Shown here: positions 31,111 through 41,636 of the stretch, in pieces
Numbering within the stretch: the first letter of the stretch is position 1
Layout of the letters: each line of letters starts with the position of its first letter
DNA from: Ignavibacteriota bacterium
GTDB taxonomy: Bacteria > Bacteroidota > Ignavibacteria > UBA10030 > CAVZMI01
Assembly (NCBI GenBank): GCA_963776275.1
Contig: CAVZMI010000011.1
Span: forward strand, 1 to 57,360
Direction: 5' to 3'
Length of the DNA: 57,360 bases
Notes under the pieces: model-generated
Told to the model about the DNA's origin: nothing
The model's input: the letters and a program-made list of their open reading frames with translations, nothing else
The model's database searches: none
Translations under genes and position numbers: made by a program

Positions 31111-31854
31111 ATGTATAAGGTACGTCTTGTAAATTTCGAAGGTACGCTTGATCTCCTCCTGTTCTTCATCAAGCGCGATGAGCTTGATATCTATGATATT
31201 CCAATCGCGTATATCACGAAGGAGTTTCTCGATACCCTTCATCTGATGGAGGAGCTCGATCTCGATGTTGCGGGAGAGTTCATAGTCATGGCCGCAACCT
31301 TAATGCAAATCAAAGTACGCATGCTGTTGCCGCGCGATGAAGCGCAGGAGGAAGAGGAAGATCCGCGCGCCGAACTTGTCCGCCGTCTGCTCGATTACAA
31401 GCGATACAAAGAAATGGCCGGAGAACTGCAGAAGATGGAGGTTGCCGCACGGCGGCTCCGTTTCCGCCGGTTCTTCGAATACGATCCGAAGGATATGGGA
31501 GAATCCGAAGAGAAAGATCTCCTGAAGGATATGACGCTCTTCGATCTAATTGCCGCATTCAAATTCACGATGGATCAAATGCCCCAGAGAACGATCCATG
31601 AAGTTCAGAAGGTGAATGTGACGGTCGATGAGCAGTGCAAATTGATTACCGATGCGGTGAAACAGACCGGAAACGTTACATTCCTGAATCTTGTATCGTC
31701 AATGAATGAAAAAATCCGGATTGTTGTAACATTTATTGCGCTCCTGGAGTTGGTAAAACAACACGTGGTAACCGTCCGGCAGATGGAGTCGTATAGAGAT
31801 ATACTGATATCGAAAATCCTTGAAAGGGACTCCGTAGTGGAGACAACCGCATGA
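31111..31854 (+). CDS. scpA: Segregation and condensation protein A (kleisin)
   Basis: FEG.LDLLL..I, AGEFIVMAATL..IK.RMLLP, EDPR.ELV.RL, VVTFIALLEL. Confidence 0.93.
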   Translation: MYKVRLVNFEGTLDLLLFFIKRDELDIYDIPIAYITKEFLDTLHLMEELDLDVAGEFIVMAATLMQIKVRMLLPRDEAQEEEEDPRAELVRRLLDYKRYKEMAGELQKMEVAARRLRFRRFFEYDPKDMGESEEKDLLKDMTLFDLIAAFKFTMDQMPQRTIHEVQKVNVTVDEQCKLITDAVKQTGNVTFLNLVSSMNEKIRIVVTFIALLELVKQHVVTVRQMESYRDILISKILERDSVVETTA

Positions 31855-33029
31855 ACGAAACAATGACCACACAGCGGATCGAGTTGAAGGGGATGATCGA
31901 AGCAATGATTTTTGCTTCGGATGAGCCGCTGTCGCTCAGTACGCTGAAGGATGTTTTCGAGGCATCGGAAATCGACGGTCAACGCATAGAAATTGAAACG
32001 GAAGAAATCAAACACATTATCGAAGAGTTGAATGCAGAATATACGGCAGAGAAGCGATCATACCACATCATCGAAATTGCAGGCGGATATCAATACGCGA
32101 CGCTGCCGAAATTTTCTTCATGGGTCGGAAAAATCTTCAAAGAAAAAGCCAGACGGCGGTTATCCCAATCGGCCATGGAGTCGCTGGCGATTATCGCCTA
32201 TAAACAGCCGGTCACAAAACCGGCCCTCGAGTATATACGTGGTGTCAACAGCGATTATGTACTTAAAACGCTCCTTGAGAGGAATCTGGTTGCGATTATC
32301 GGCCGCGCCTCGACACCGGGACGACCTCTGATATATGGAACAACGCAGGATTTTTTGCGTCATTTTGGGTTGAATTCGCTTTCCGATTTGCCGAAACCGC
32401 GCGAGATCGAGGAACTACTGGGTGAAACCGAGCTCGAAGTCGAAAAACGAATCCTTGAAGAACAACAGATGACGGAAGAAGAAGAAATCGAGGCGCAGCA
32501 AAAGCCTAAAGAGGCCGGACCGAGATTTCGGAAACCCCTGATTCCTAAGCCAAAAGAAGAATCACCGGATCAAATGCCACTGCCAATTCTTCCCGGTGAG
32601 ATAATAGAACAAAAGCCTGAACAAGCCTCACCCGTTGAGGGCAGACCGGAAATAAGCACGCTTCAGGAAGAAAGTACCGGCATAACATTTAATGAGCAAG
32701 CGGGAGAACCCGTGCCGGAGATTTTGGAACAATCAGTGGAAAATGCCGGGAATGTTGGTGATATTCTAGAGATGACCGAAGAGGCTGGACAAATTCAATC
32801 ATCTACCGGTGAGGTACTACCGGCCGAAGAAAAGTATAATGAACTGAGACAGGAGAGTATGACGTGGGAGCAAATCCCCGAAGAAGAAACACAGGGCGAA
32901 CCGCTCCACCCCGGCATCGCAGAACCAACACTCGAAGAATTAAACGCCGTTATCCAGGAAAAGCACGAACGGGGCTGGGCGAAGTTGGCACAAAAGATCA
33001 AAGATCTGCTCAAACGGCTGTTCGGTTGA
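31851..33029 (+). CDS. scpB: SMC-Scp complex subunit ScpB with long acidic C-terminal extension
   Basis: IEA.IFAS.EPL, AGGYQ, LS..A.ESLAIIAYKQP, IRGV, GR...PGRP..YGTT..FL.HFGL.SL.DLP. Confidence 0.93.
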   Translation: MNETMTTQRIELKGMIEAMIFASDEPLSLSTLKDVFEASEIDGQRIEIETEEIKHIIEELNAEYTAEKRSYHIIEIAGGYQYATLPKFSSWVGKIFKEKARRRLSQSAMESLAIIAYKQPVTKPALEYIRGVNSDYVLKTLLERNLVAIIGRASTPGRPLIYGTTQDFLRHFGLNSLSDLPKPREIEELLGETELEVEKRILEEQQMTEEEEIEAQQKPKEAGPRFRKPLIPKPKEESPDQMPLPILPGEIIEQKPEQASPVEGRPEISTLQEESTGITFNEQAGEPVPEILEQSVENAGNVGDILEMTEEAGQIQSSTGEVLPAEEKYNELRQESMTWEQIPEEETQGEPLHPGIAEPTLEELNAVIQEKHERGWAKLAQKIKDLLKRLFG

Positions 33030-33736
33030 ACCGGTTTTTATCACAAGCAGGAATCGCGTCACGTCGCAGAGCGGATGAGCTTATCGCACATGGTGAAGTT
33101 CGTGTAAACGGAGAAATTGTACGCGATCTCGGTACAAAAATCGATCCTCGAAAAGATCTGGTCTATTACCATGATAAACAGGTTGCGGTTGTCGATGATG
33201 AGCGTGAGTATGTCGTTTTCAACAAGCCGAAAGACTGTATCACAACACTGAGTGACGAGAAGGGCAGGACAACGATTCTTGATTACGTGAGAACAAAGCA
33301 CAGGCTGTTTCCCGTCGGACGGCTTGACAGAAATACAACCGGTGTATTGCTTCTCACAAACGACGGCGATCTTGCACACAGGCTGATGCACCCGCGGTAC
33401 GAATTTCCGAAAGCGTACCGGGTTGAAATCGATCGAGGCGTTTCGGACGATGATGCAAAAAAATTGGTAGCCGGGATTCGACTGGAAGACGGCGTCACCT
33501 CATCTGCCGAGGTGTTTATTCTTCCGCATACAAACAGGAAAATCATCGGGATAGTCGTCCATGAAGGCCGGAACCGGATGGTGCGGAGGATGTTCGAAAA
33601 ATTGGGATATGAAATCCTTAAACTCGATCGCGAGGGATACGGCGAAATTACGACCGAAGGATTGCAGCGCGGAGAGTGGAGACATCTTACAAGAAATGAA
33701 ATACAAAAACTCCGGCAAATGACCGGAATAAAATAG
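33026..33736 (+). CDS. rluB: 23S rRNA pseudouridine synthase RluB-like (start TTG 33026, or upstream at GTG 32864)
   Basis: RLNRFLS.AGIASRR S4, NKPK, VGRLD.NTTG.LLLTNDG, EGRNR; typical scpA-scpB-rluB order. Confidence 0.85.
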   Translation: MNRFLSQAGIASRRRADELIAHGEVRVNGEIVRDLGTKIDPRKDLVYYHDKQVAVVDDEREYVVFNKPKDCITTLSDEKGRTTILDYVRTKHRLFPVGRLDRNTTGVLLLTNDGDLAHRLMHPRYEFPKAYRVEIDRGVSDDDAKKLVAGIRLEDGVTSSAEVFILPHTNRKIIGIVVHEGRNRMVRRMFEKLGYEILKLDREGYGEITTEGLQRGEWRHLTRNEIQKLRQMTGIK

Positions 33737-33760
33737 AATCTTGCATAAAAAATGAATTGA

Positions 33761-33843
33761 GATTACTGATCGCGGATTGTGGATTTCGGATTGAGGCGTA
33801 CAATACAATCAATCCGAAATCGAAAATCCGGAATCGACAATTT
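33761..33843. repeat. Inverted heptamer repeat arrays
   Basis: GATTACT GATCGCG GATTGTG GATTTCG GATTGAG ... AATCCGA AATCGAA AATCCGG AATCGAC. Confidence 0.75.
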
Positions 33844-33873
33844 CTCAGCAATCTAAATCGCTTTGAGGATCGC

Positions 33874-35386
33874 TTGGAACAACAAGAGCATATCGAAGAT
33901 TTAAATACCCTGATGGCCCGGCGGCGTGATGAACTGAACGAACTTCGCTCGATCGGCATCAACCCATATCCTTATGCATTTGAACGGACAGATTTTTCAA
34001 AGGATATTCTCGAATCCTTCGTCGATGGTGCCCCGCAGCATGATGTCGCTGTGGCCGGCCGCATCATGGCAATCCGCCGGATGGGAAAGGCTTCATTTTG
34101 TCATATTCAGGATTCGAAAGGGAAGATTCAAATCTATCTGAGAAAAGACGACCTAGGCGCACCGTACGATGCCTTCAAGCTTTTTGATATCGGCGATATT
34201 ATCGGCGTCAGGGGGTTTGTCTTCCGGACAAAAACCGGTGAAATATCAATTCATGCGCCTGTCCATCGAGCTGCTTTCGAAATCTCTCCGTCCTCTTCCG
34301 GTCGTCAAAGAACGTATCGATGAGAAGGGGAATAAAACAGTCTACGATCCTTTTTCGGATAAAGAACTCAGGTATCGCCAGAGATATGTCGATCTAGCTG
34401 TGAATCCCGATATCCGTGATGTTTTTATAAAACGTGCACTTATAATCCGGACGATCAGGCAATTTCTCGATACGCGCGGATATCTTGAGGTCGAGACCCC
34501 GATACTCCAGCCACTATACGGCGGTGCATCGGCGAGGCCGTTCGTCACACATCATAATGCGCTGGATATCCCGCTCTATCTAAGGATTGCCGACGAGCTG
34601 TATCTCAAACGTCTCATTGTCGGCGGGTATGATGGCGTTTATGAAATATCGAAAGATTTTCGCAACGAAGGGATGGATAAAGCTCACAATCCGGAATTCA
34701 CCATGCTTGAGCTCTACGTCGCGTATAAGGACTATAACTGGATGATGGAGCTCGTCGAGCAGATGATCGGCGATGTCGCCCGTGCGCTTTACGGTTCCAC
34801 GAAGATTACAGCCGGAGAGCACGATATCGATTTTGCACCACCGTGGCGGCGTGTAAGGATGTTCGATATCATCCAGGAATATACAGGATATAATCTGCGC
34901 AGAAAACCTGAAGCGGAGGTTCGTGAAATCGCAAAGACATTGCATGTCGATATCGATCCGAAGGATGGACTCGGCCGCATGATCGATGAAATCTTCAGCG
35001 CGAAAGTTCAGCCGATGCTCGTTCAGCCGACATTCATTATTGATTATCCTGTGGAACTTTCGCCGCTTGCGAAGCGTCATCGGAGTGAAGAAGGATTGGT
35101 CGAACGATTCGAGGTGTATATCAACCGTCAGGAAATCTGCAATGCCTTCAGCGAACTCAACGATCTACTCGACCAGCGCGCAAGATTTGAGGAACAGGCG
35201 AAGCTTCGCGAACGGGGAGACGAAGAAGCACAGGTACCGGATGAGGATTTTCTACGCGCTCTCGAGTATGGTATGCCACCGGCCGCCGGACTCGGCATAG
35301 GCATCGACCGCCTGATAATGCTAATGACCAATCAGGAATCCATTCGCGACGTACTCTTCTTCCCACAGATGAAGCCGGAAAAGTGA
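33874..35386 (+). CDS. lysS: Lysine--tRNA ligase (class II); one apparent extra base at ~34258
   Basis: [66 protein letters not shown]. Confidence 0.95.
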
Positions 35387-35396
35387 TTGAAGGATT

Positions 35397-36350
35397 ATGT
35401 TATCAATGTGTAAAACAATAGTTCTGGTTTTTTCGATTTTGGTGATTCCTCACATGTTGACTGCCGGAAGTGTCGATTCAACACAAGTCTCTGCAACGGA
35501 TCTTAGTTCACTTCGATATAATCAGGCGATCGATAGTATCTCAATATCCCCGGCAGAGTATCCTACATGCTCTTTCACACCTGCACCGGAGGTTAACGGT
35601 ACCCGTCTCGGAATTATCGGCGGAGCGTTGCTGACGACAACACTCGTCATCAATTACTACCAGCAAAATGCATGGTGGCTTGGTGAACGGGCGCCATTTC
35701 ATTTTCAGGATGACTGGGAGTATGCCCTGAATGTCGATAAGGTCGGCCATATCTATGCGACCACGGCAGCACAGCACATATTCCAGAAATCTCTTGAGTG
35801 GTCGGGTGTTTCAGAATCGAAATCGGTCTGGTACGGGGCGGGATTGGCATTATTATTTGAACTCTATATCGAGACCCAGGATGGTTTTCATAAAGAGTGG
35901 GGGTTCAGTCCGGGCGATGCGATGGGGGATGCAGTCGGTGCTTTCTATCCGGTCCTCCAGCATTATATTCCCCCGCTGAAGAATGTGAAATTTAAATGGA
36001 GCTACTGGCCGTCGGAGGAGTTGCGTGAGGGGAAAAAGCAGATGATCATAGATGACTATCAGGGTCAAACATACTGGCTATCGATTTCATTTTATGATTG
36101 GCTTCCGAAGTCGATGCAATCTTGGTGGCCGTCGTTTCTCGGAATTGCGGGTGGATATGCTGCACGAAATCTTGACGGAATGGGGGGCGGTGAAAAACAG
36201 TTCTATATTGCGCTTGATTATGATCTCACGAAGCTTCCCGGCGATAGCTGGATTCTCAAGACTCTTAAAGAATCGGGCAATTTTTTTCATTTTCCGGCAC
36301 CGGCGCTTCGTATAACACCGACAGCAACTTTTTTTGTGCTTTATTTTTAG
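35397..36350 (+). CDS. DUF2279/YfiM-like exported protein
   Basis: Signal peptide; DKVGH, E..DGF...WGFS.GD, DDY.GQTYWLS, PAPAL. Confidence 0.75.
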   Translation: MLSMCKTIVLVFSILVIPHMLTAGSVDSTQVSATDLSSLRYNQAIDSISISPAEYPTCSFTPAPEVNGTRLGIIGGALLTTTLVINYYQQNAWWLGERAPFHFQDDWEYALNVDKVGHIYATTAAQHIFQKSLEWSGVSESKSVWYGAGLALLFELYIETQDGFHKEWGFSPGDAMGDAVGAFYPVLQHYIPPLKNVKFKWSYWPSEELREGKKQMIIDDYQGQTYWLSISFYDWLPKSMQSWWPSFLGIAGGYAARNLDGMGGGEKQFYIALDYDLTKLPGDSWILKTLKESGNFFHFPAPALRITPTATFFVLYF

Positions 36351-36395
36351 TCCAATGTTCCGGTACAAGACGAGACGAGAAGGAGAGAAAAAGTA

Positions 36396-37124
36396 TTGAT
36401 CAGCGTTATTATACCGGCGTATAATGAAGAAAAACTCATCGGCAGGACGCTCGCACAATTCACTCCGAACCTGATCGAAAAATTCAACCTGGAATTGATT
36501 GTGAGTGACGGCGGGAGTGAGGATCGGACGCTTGAAAAAGCGGCGGAATATCCGTGCAGGATTGTGAGACATACAGAACAACGCAAGCAAACGATCGCGG
36601 AGGGTCGGAATGTCGGCGCTGAAGTCGCACATGGAGATATTCTTTTTTTTCTTAATGCAGATACGATCATCGATGATCATGATGTGGAAGGTTTCATAAC
36701 ACAAGCGCTCCGCGCCCTGGAGCCGGAAAATGTCGTTGCGGTGACTTGTAGTGTTTATATCTATCCGGATGAAGCGACACGTGCCGATCGCATAATTCAC
36801 GGGCTCTATAATTGGTACTTTTTTTCGTTGAATGTGATCGGGATGGGGATGGGTCGCGGCGAATGCCAGATAATTAAAAAAGATGCATTTAAAAAGGTCG
36901 GAGGTAATCAGAAGCATATTGTTGCCGGTGAAGACTTCGATCTTTTCACACGTCTTATCAGGATCGGAAAAGTCCGGTATCTACGCTCGCTGCGGGTGTA
37001 CGAATCACCACGGAGATACCGGAAATATGGATACATAAGGGTTACGGCAGCCTGGCTGCGAAATTCTGCGTCGGTCTATCTCTTCAATCACTCTACGCTC
37101 AACGAATGGGAGGCAGTGCGATAA
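36396..37124 (+). CDS. Glycosyltransferase family 2
   Basis: ISVIIPAYNEE, VSDGGS.D.T, RN.GA, NAD, GEDFDL, SPRRY. Confidence 0.9.
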   Translation: MISVIIPAYNEEKLIGRTLAQFTPNLIEKFNLELIVSDGGSEDRTLEKAAEYPCRIVRHTEQRKQTIAEGRNVGAEVAHGDILFFLNADTIIDDHDVEGFITQALRALEPENVVAVTCSVYIYPDEATRADRIIHGLYNWYFFSLNVIGMGMGRGECQIIKKDAFKKVGGNQKHIVAGEDFDLFTRLIRIGKVRYLRSLRVYESPRRYRKYGYIRVTAAWLRNSASVYLFNHSTLNEWEAVR

Positions 37125-37127
37125 GCT

Positions 37128-38840
37128 ATGAACCGTATTCAACATCGAATTCAATGGGTCTGTGTCGGCTGGCTCATCGCGGCGTTTATTGCATTTGCGC
37201 AGGTGGAAAATGTTCAGATCGATAATCCCGTATATACTTTTTTGAAAAGAATGGAAGTGAAAGGAATTATTACGAAATATCACGACGGTTTTCTTTCTCT
37301 TTCACGGGCTGAAGTCGCGCAATTTCTTCAGACTATCGATCAGCAGCGCGAACATCTGACGGCGACAGAACGAGAGATGCTCGATGATTTCAAAACCGAG
37401 TTCCCCCATGAACTTCATCTTCAGGACGCTCAGCGGACGGTTCTTCTCTCCGATTCAACATCGCTGCCGCAGCGTCTGGCCGATCTGTTCCGATGGAAAG
37501 AGAAATATCTGTATGCATGGAAGGATTCGACGACCTCGCTATTTGTGAATTTTTTATTTACTGCAGATTTTCGTTCGAGCAATGGGAATACTTTCGGAAA
37601 TACGAACGCGGAGACAGAGCGGATCGGTGGACGAATTCGTGGAACTATCGGAAACCATATCGGTTATTTCTTGCAGGGGACGAACGGGCTTGCATTCGGG
37701 GATAAAGCATTTGCCCGAAGCGACCCGCGGCTTCGTGAAAATTATAAATTAAGTGAACCCAGTTCGAATAGTTTTGATGAAGTTGAAGGATACGTAACAC
37801 TCCACACTGATTGGTTGACCCTACAGGTCGGCCGTGAACGGCTTCTGTGGGGTAATAGCTTGAACAGCGATGGAAAACTGTATATTTCCGATAACGCTTC
37901 ACCCTTCGATATGGTACGGCTCGAGGCAGAGTACGGAATTGTAAAGTTCAGCTTCATTCATGGATGGCTCCTGAGTGAGAATAAGGCTGTCTATAACTCC
38001 TATTCCTGGTCATATGACACATATCTGTCGCCAAAATATATCGCAGGTCATCGCCTCGAATTCTCATTCCCTCACATATTCGATATCGCGGCCAATGAAA
38101 TGCTGATCTATTCCCGCCCGTCCCCGGAATTGGCCTATCTAAATCCGTTGAATTTTTTTAAATCTGCCGAGCACTCTTTACAGGATAGAGATAATTCGCT
38201 TTTAGCCTTTGATATGGAAACCCATTTTCTCGAAAATCTGCAATTTTCGGGCTCGATTCTAATAGATGACATGGATTTTAAAATGCTCGGGACACGAGCC
38301 TATGTCAATCAATTTGCATATCAAGCGGGTGCATACTATATTGAGCCTGCAGGCCTTGAAAATACTGATATCGCTGTGGAATATACACGAATCAACCCAT
38401 ATGTGTATTCACACCACATCCCTGTCAATATGTATGCCAATCATGGATTTATCCTTGGCAATCCATTGGGGCCGAATAGTGATGCGTGGAAAATAGGGGT
38501 AGGATACCTGGTCTCGAGGCAGTTACAGGTCGACGTAAGTTTTGTCAGGGAAAGACATGGTGATAACCTCATCGATGCAAACGGAGTCCTTATAACGAAC
38601 GTCGGCGGGAATGCGTTGATGGGACATCGGTCGGGCGATGCAGTGGACGTAGATTTTCTTGGGGGTGCTCGAACAAACACAAATCGCTATGGTGTGCATA
38701 TTGTATATCAATTCACAAAATATTTTTTTTGTGAGACGCGTTATGAATACAGATTGGCACACATTACATCACCGATCAATGGTGTGGTAAGCAATGTTAT
38801 AGACCGATATTTTACGATTCAAATCAGGTGTGATCTCTAG
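37128..38840 (+). CDS. Capsule assembly Wzi-family outer-membrane protein
   Basis: Signal peptide, SRAEV helical N-region, GRERLLWG, SDNA.PF, HRLE, YLNP, G.PLGPNSD. Confidence 0.7.
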   Translation: MNRIQHRIQWVCVGWLIAAFIAFAQVENVQIDNPVYTFLKRMEVKGIITKYHDGFLSLSRAEVAQFLQTIDQQREHLTATEREMLDDFKTEFPHELHLQDAQRTVLLSDSTSLPQRLADLFRWKEKYLYAWKDSTTSLFVNFLFTADFRSSNGNTFGNTNAETERIGGRIRGTIGNHIGYFLQGTNGLAFGDKAFARSDPRLRENYKLSEPSSNSFDEVEGYVTLHTDWLTLQVGRERLLWGNSLNSDGKLYISDNASPFDMVRLEAEYGIVKFSFIHGWLLSENKAVYNSYSWSYDTYLSPKYIAGHRLEFSFPHIFDIAANEMLIYSRPSPELAYLNPLNFFKSAEHSLQDRDNSLLAFDMETHFLENLQFSGSILIDDMDFKMLGTRAYVNQFAYQAGAYYIEPAGLENTDIAVEYTRINPYVYSHHIPVNMYANHGFILGNPLGPNSDAWKIGVGYLVSRQLQVDVSFVRERHGDNLIDANGVLITNVGGNALMGHRSGDAVDVDFLGGARTNTNRYGVHIVYQFTKYFFCETRYEYRLAHITSPINGVVSNVIDRYFTIQIRCDL

Positions 38841-38929
38841 AGTCTTTCATGCCTTTTATTTAAAGACACATGGTTTATGAGGTCTTGTAGCGGACGGAAC
38901 GAAGGGCAACTTTTTAAAGGGGAAATATA

Positions 38930-40540
38930 ATGCAGAAAAAATCAGTTTTTGTACTCATCTTTTTTGTGGCGACACTGGGTGTAATCGCCGGGCTGCAGAT
39001 TGATGAAGTCATCTCCGGGGATACGACACGCGATCAACTTCGAAAATTCAATGACGTTCTTACATATATACAAAAGTACTATGTAGAAGATGTCGACACA
39101 CAGAAACTTGTTGAATCGGCAATTCTCGGTATGTTGAATTCTCTCGATCCGCATTCGATCTATATTTCACCAGATCAACTCCAGAGGGTACAGGAGTCGT
39201 TCGAGGGGAGTTTCGAAGGGATAGGGATTGAATTCGATGTTGTGAATGACACACTGGTCGTTGTAGCGCCTATTGTCGGTGGACCAAGTCAGCAACTTGG
39301 AATTCTTGCCGGCGATCGTATTATCAAGATTGATAATATGAATTCTATCGGTATTAAACGTGAGGATGTGCCGAAGAAACTTCGCGGTCCGAAAGGTACA
39401 AAAGTCACGATTACGATCGTCCGCGATGGCATCAGGGAACCGATGGATTACGAGATCACGCGCGATAAAATCTCGATCTATACAGTCATTGCATCGGTGA
39501 TGCTTGATAAAGAGACCGGCTATGTACGCGTCACTCAATTCTCGAAACCGACGCACAACGAGCTTGTGCAGGCATTGAGGAAACTAAAAGCGCAGGGAAT
39601 GAATAAATTGATACTCGACCTACGCGATAATCCGGGTGGATATCTGGAACAGGCCTTTGAAATTGCCGATGAGTTTTTGAGCGGCGGGAAGAAAATTGTT
39701 TATACAAAGAGTCGACGAAAGGATCTCGAATCCGAATATTATTCCTCGGGTGGTGGCGAGTTTGAAGATCTCTCACTGATCATACTCATCAGTAACGGCT
39801 CCGCATCCGCAAGTGAAATTGTCGCCGGAGCGATTCAGGATTGGGATCGCGGGTTGATTGTCGGTGAAACGAGCTTCGGGAAGGGGCTGGTACAGCAGCA
39901 ATTTCCCCTATCGGATAATTCGGCCTTCCGGATTACTACCGCACGATATTATACGCCGAGTGGCAGACTGATTCAACGCTCATACGAAAATAAAACACGG
40001 GAACAATATCAGCTTGAGGCAGCTCAGCGTGAGGAGAGGGAAGGCGAAAACCTCGAACACAAAGAAGAGAAGGACTCGACCAAACCTATTTTTAAAACGG
40101 CTGCAGGTCGAATAGTCTATGGCGGCGGCGGAATTACGCCGGATTATATCCTGAAGCCCGGAACATGGACATTGACGACAGGGCATATATTTCGTCGAAA
40201 CCTCTTCGCTCAATATATAACGAAGTATTTCGGTTCTCATGGATCAACACTCAGGAAAGTATACGAATCGAAAGGAGTCGAGGAATTTGCACGGCGATTT
40301 GAAGTCGATCCCGATATGCTCAATGAATTTCTTTCCTATGTCAAGGCAAACGGCGTAGAAGTAAAGAATGATGATATTAAGAAAGACGAACTCCAATTGA
40401 AACAGCTTCTGAAAACGAACATTGCAAAAAGTCTCTGGGGATACGATGCAGCATATTTTATCGGCGTGGAATCCGATATTCAGGTCAAGAAAGCCCGATC
40501 GCTCTTTCCCGAGGCTTCAAAAATAGCCGGTCTAAAATAA
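38930..40540 (+). CDS. Carboxyl-terminal processing protease (S41, CtpA/Prc-like)
   Basis: LDPHS, GIGI PDZ, LRGPKGT, DLRDNPGG, SASASEIVAGAIQD, GKGLVQ, YYTPSGR. Confidence 0.94.
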   Translation: MQKKSVFVLIFFVATLGVIAGLQIDEVISGDTTRDQLRKFNDVLTYIQKYYVEDVDTQKLVESAILGMLNSLDPHSIYISPDQLQRVQESFEGSFEGIGIEFDVVNDTLVVVAPIVGGPSQQLGILAGDRIIKIDNMNSIGIKREDVPKKLRGPKGTKVTITIVRDGIREPMDYEITRDKISIYTVIASVMLDKETGYVRVTQFSKPTHNELVQALRKLKAQGMNKLILDLRDNPGGYLEQAFEIADEFLSGGKKIVYTKSRRKDLESEYYSSGGGEFEDLSLIILISNGSASASEIVAGAIQDWDRGLIVGETSFGKGLVQQQFPLSDNSAFRITTARYYTPSGRLIQRSYENKTREQYQLEAAQREEREGENLEHKEEKDSTKPIFKTAAGRIVYGGGGITPDYILKPGTWTLTTGHIFRRNLFAQYITKYFGSHGSTLRKVYESKGVEEFARRFEVDPDMLNEFLSYVKANGVEVKNDDIKKDELQLKQLLKTNIAKSLWGYDAAYFIGVESDIQVKKARSLFPEASKIAGLK

Positions 40541-40544
40541 CAAG

Positions 40545-41432
40545 TTGCATATCAAAGGAAGGGATCATAAGTTTTCAGTGAGTATTTTTGCCAGAGTATC
40601 CGTGTTGAAGATCACATTTCTTTGTATCATTGGCATATATATTTTTTTTGTGTCTCCCGGGGATGGAAGTTCGGCAGCGATAAATCCCATGTCAGGGATT
40701 GAGTATGTGTTTGTGGGTGATACAAGTAATTATAAGGTGGGGGAAGAGTTAAATTACGAAGTGAGTTATGCGTTTTTCCACCTTGGGGAAATTAAAACGA
40801 AGATTCTCGAAGTGTTTCAGAACGAAGGGAAGCCAAGGGTCAGGGCAATTGCGTACATCGATTCTTATTCCGGCGTTCCATTTGTTGATCTGCATGCGAT
40901 CTTTGAGAGCGAATTTTTTACAGCACCATCGTCAAAACACTTTGTCGGGAAGAGTAAATCTGATGAACGATGGTATTTGACGACATATGATTTTCAATAT
41001 GATCAGAAAAAAGTATTTATTGAAAAAGGGTGGGAAAATAATCCGCCGGAAAAACGGGATACGCTCGTCATAAAAGGTGAACCTCAGGATGGTCTTTCGC
41101 TGTACTTTTTTGCAAGAGTAAATTCGGGGCGGGACACACAGATGGTCGTTCCTTCATATGTCGGAGAAAAACGGACGCGAACTTACATCAAGTTTTCCAA
41201 GGAAGTCATAACGACGGAAATTGATGCTGTGGAGTACCCTATTAAAGTCAACGAATTGGTTGGCGAAGCTGATTTTACCGGGATTTTCGGATTGACAGGC
41301 GGCTTCAGCGGAAAATTTAGTGCTGACGATGCCCATGTACCGATTGTCGCAAAAATGAACGTGTTGATCGGAAAAGTCAGGATAGAGTTGAAAGGATGGA
41401 AACGGGATGGATGGCAGCCTCCTCAGGGATAA
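40545..41432 (+). CDS. DUF3108 domain-containing exported protein (start uncertain, probably downstream)
   Basis: GEELNYEVSY..F.LG, D.LS..FFAR, S.D..HVP....V.IG.V..EL pattern. Confidence 0.7.
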   Translation: MHIKGRDHKFSVSIFARVSVLKITFLCIIGIYIFFVSPGDGSSAAINPMSGIEYVFVGDTSNYKVGEELNYEVSYAFFHLGEIKTKILEVFQNEGKPRVRAIAYIDSYSGVPFVDLHAIFESEFFTAPSSKHFVGKSKSDERWYLTTYDFQYDQKKVFIEKGWENNPPEKRDTLVIKGEPQDGLSLYFFARVNSGRDTQMVVPSYVGEKRTRTYIKFSKEVITTEIDAVEYPIKVNELVGEADFTGIFGLTGGFSGKFSADDAHVPIVAKMNVLIGKVRIELKGWKRDGWQPPQG

Positions 41433-41636
41433 GCAAAATAAAAAAGAATCGTCTTACCTTGAAAGGCAGCGCTACCGGAAATACATACAAGTATATTCAT
41501 CGTCAATGGCGCTCTGATTGTCAAGAATGGTGAAAATGACAATGAAAGCGGCGTCTGGTTCAATGTAGTGGCTCAAGGCGATGCGCAGGAATGTACATAC
41601 ATAATACGAAGAACACTAACCGTTGAGGAGTTAACA

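Noticed and set aside
19411-33843. Heptamer arrays as CRISPR repeats
   Set aside because: Units are 7 nt and contiguous, with no spacers
33757-33873. N-terminal extension of lysS
   Set aside because: It is a translation of the heptamer repeats; TTG 33874 has a GAGGA RBS
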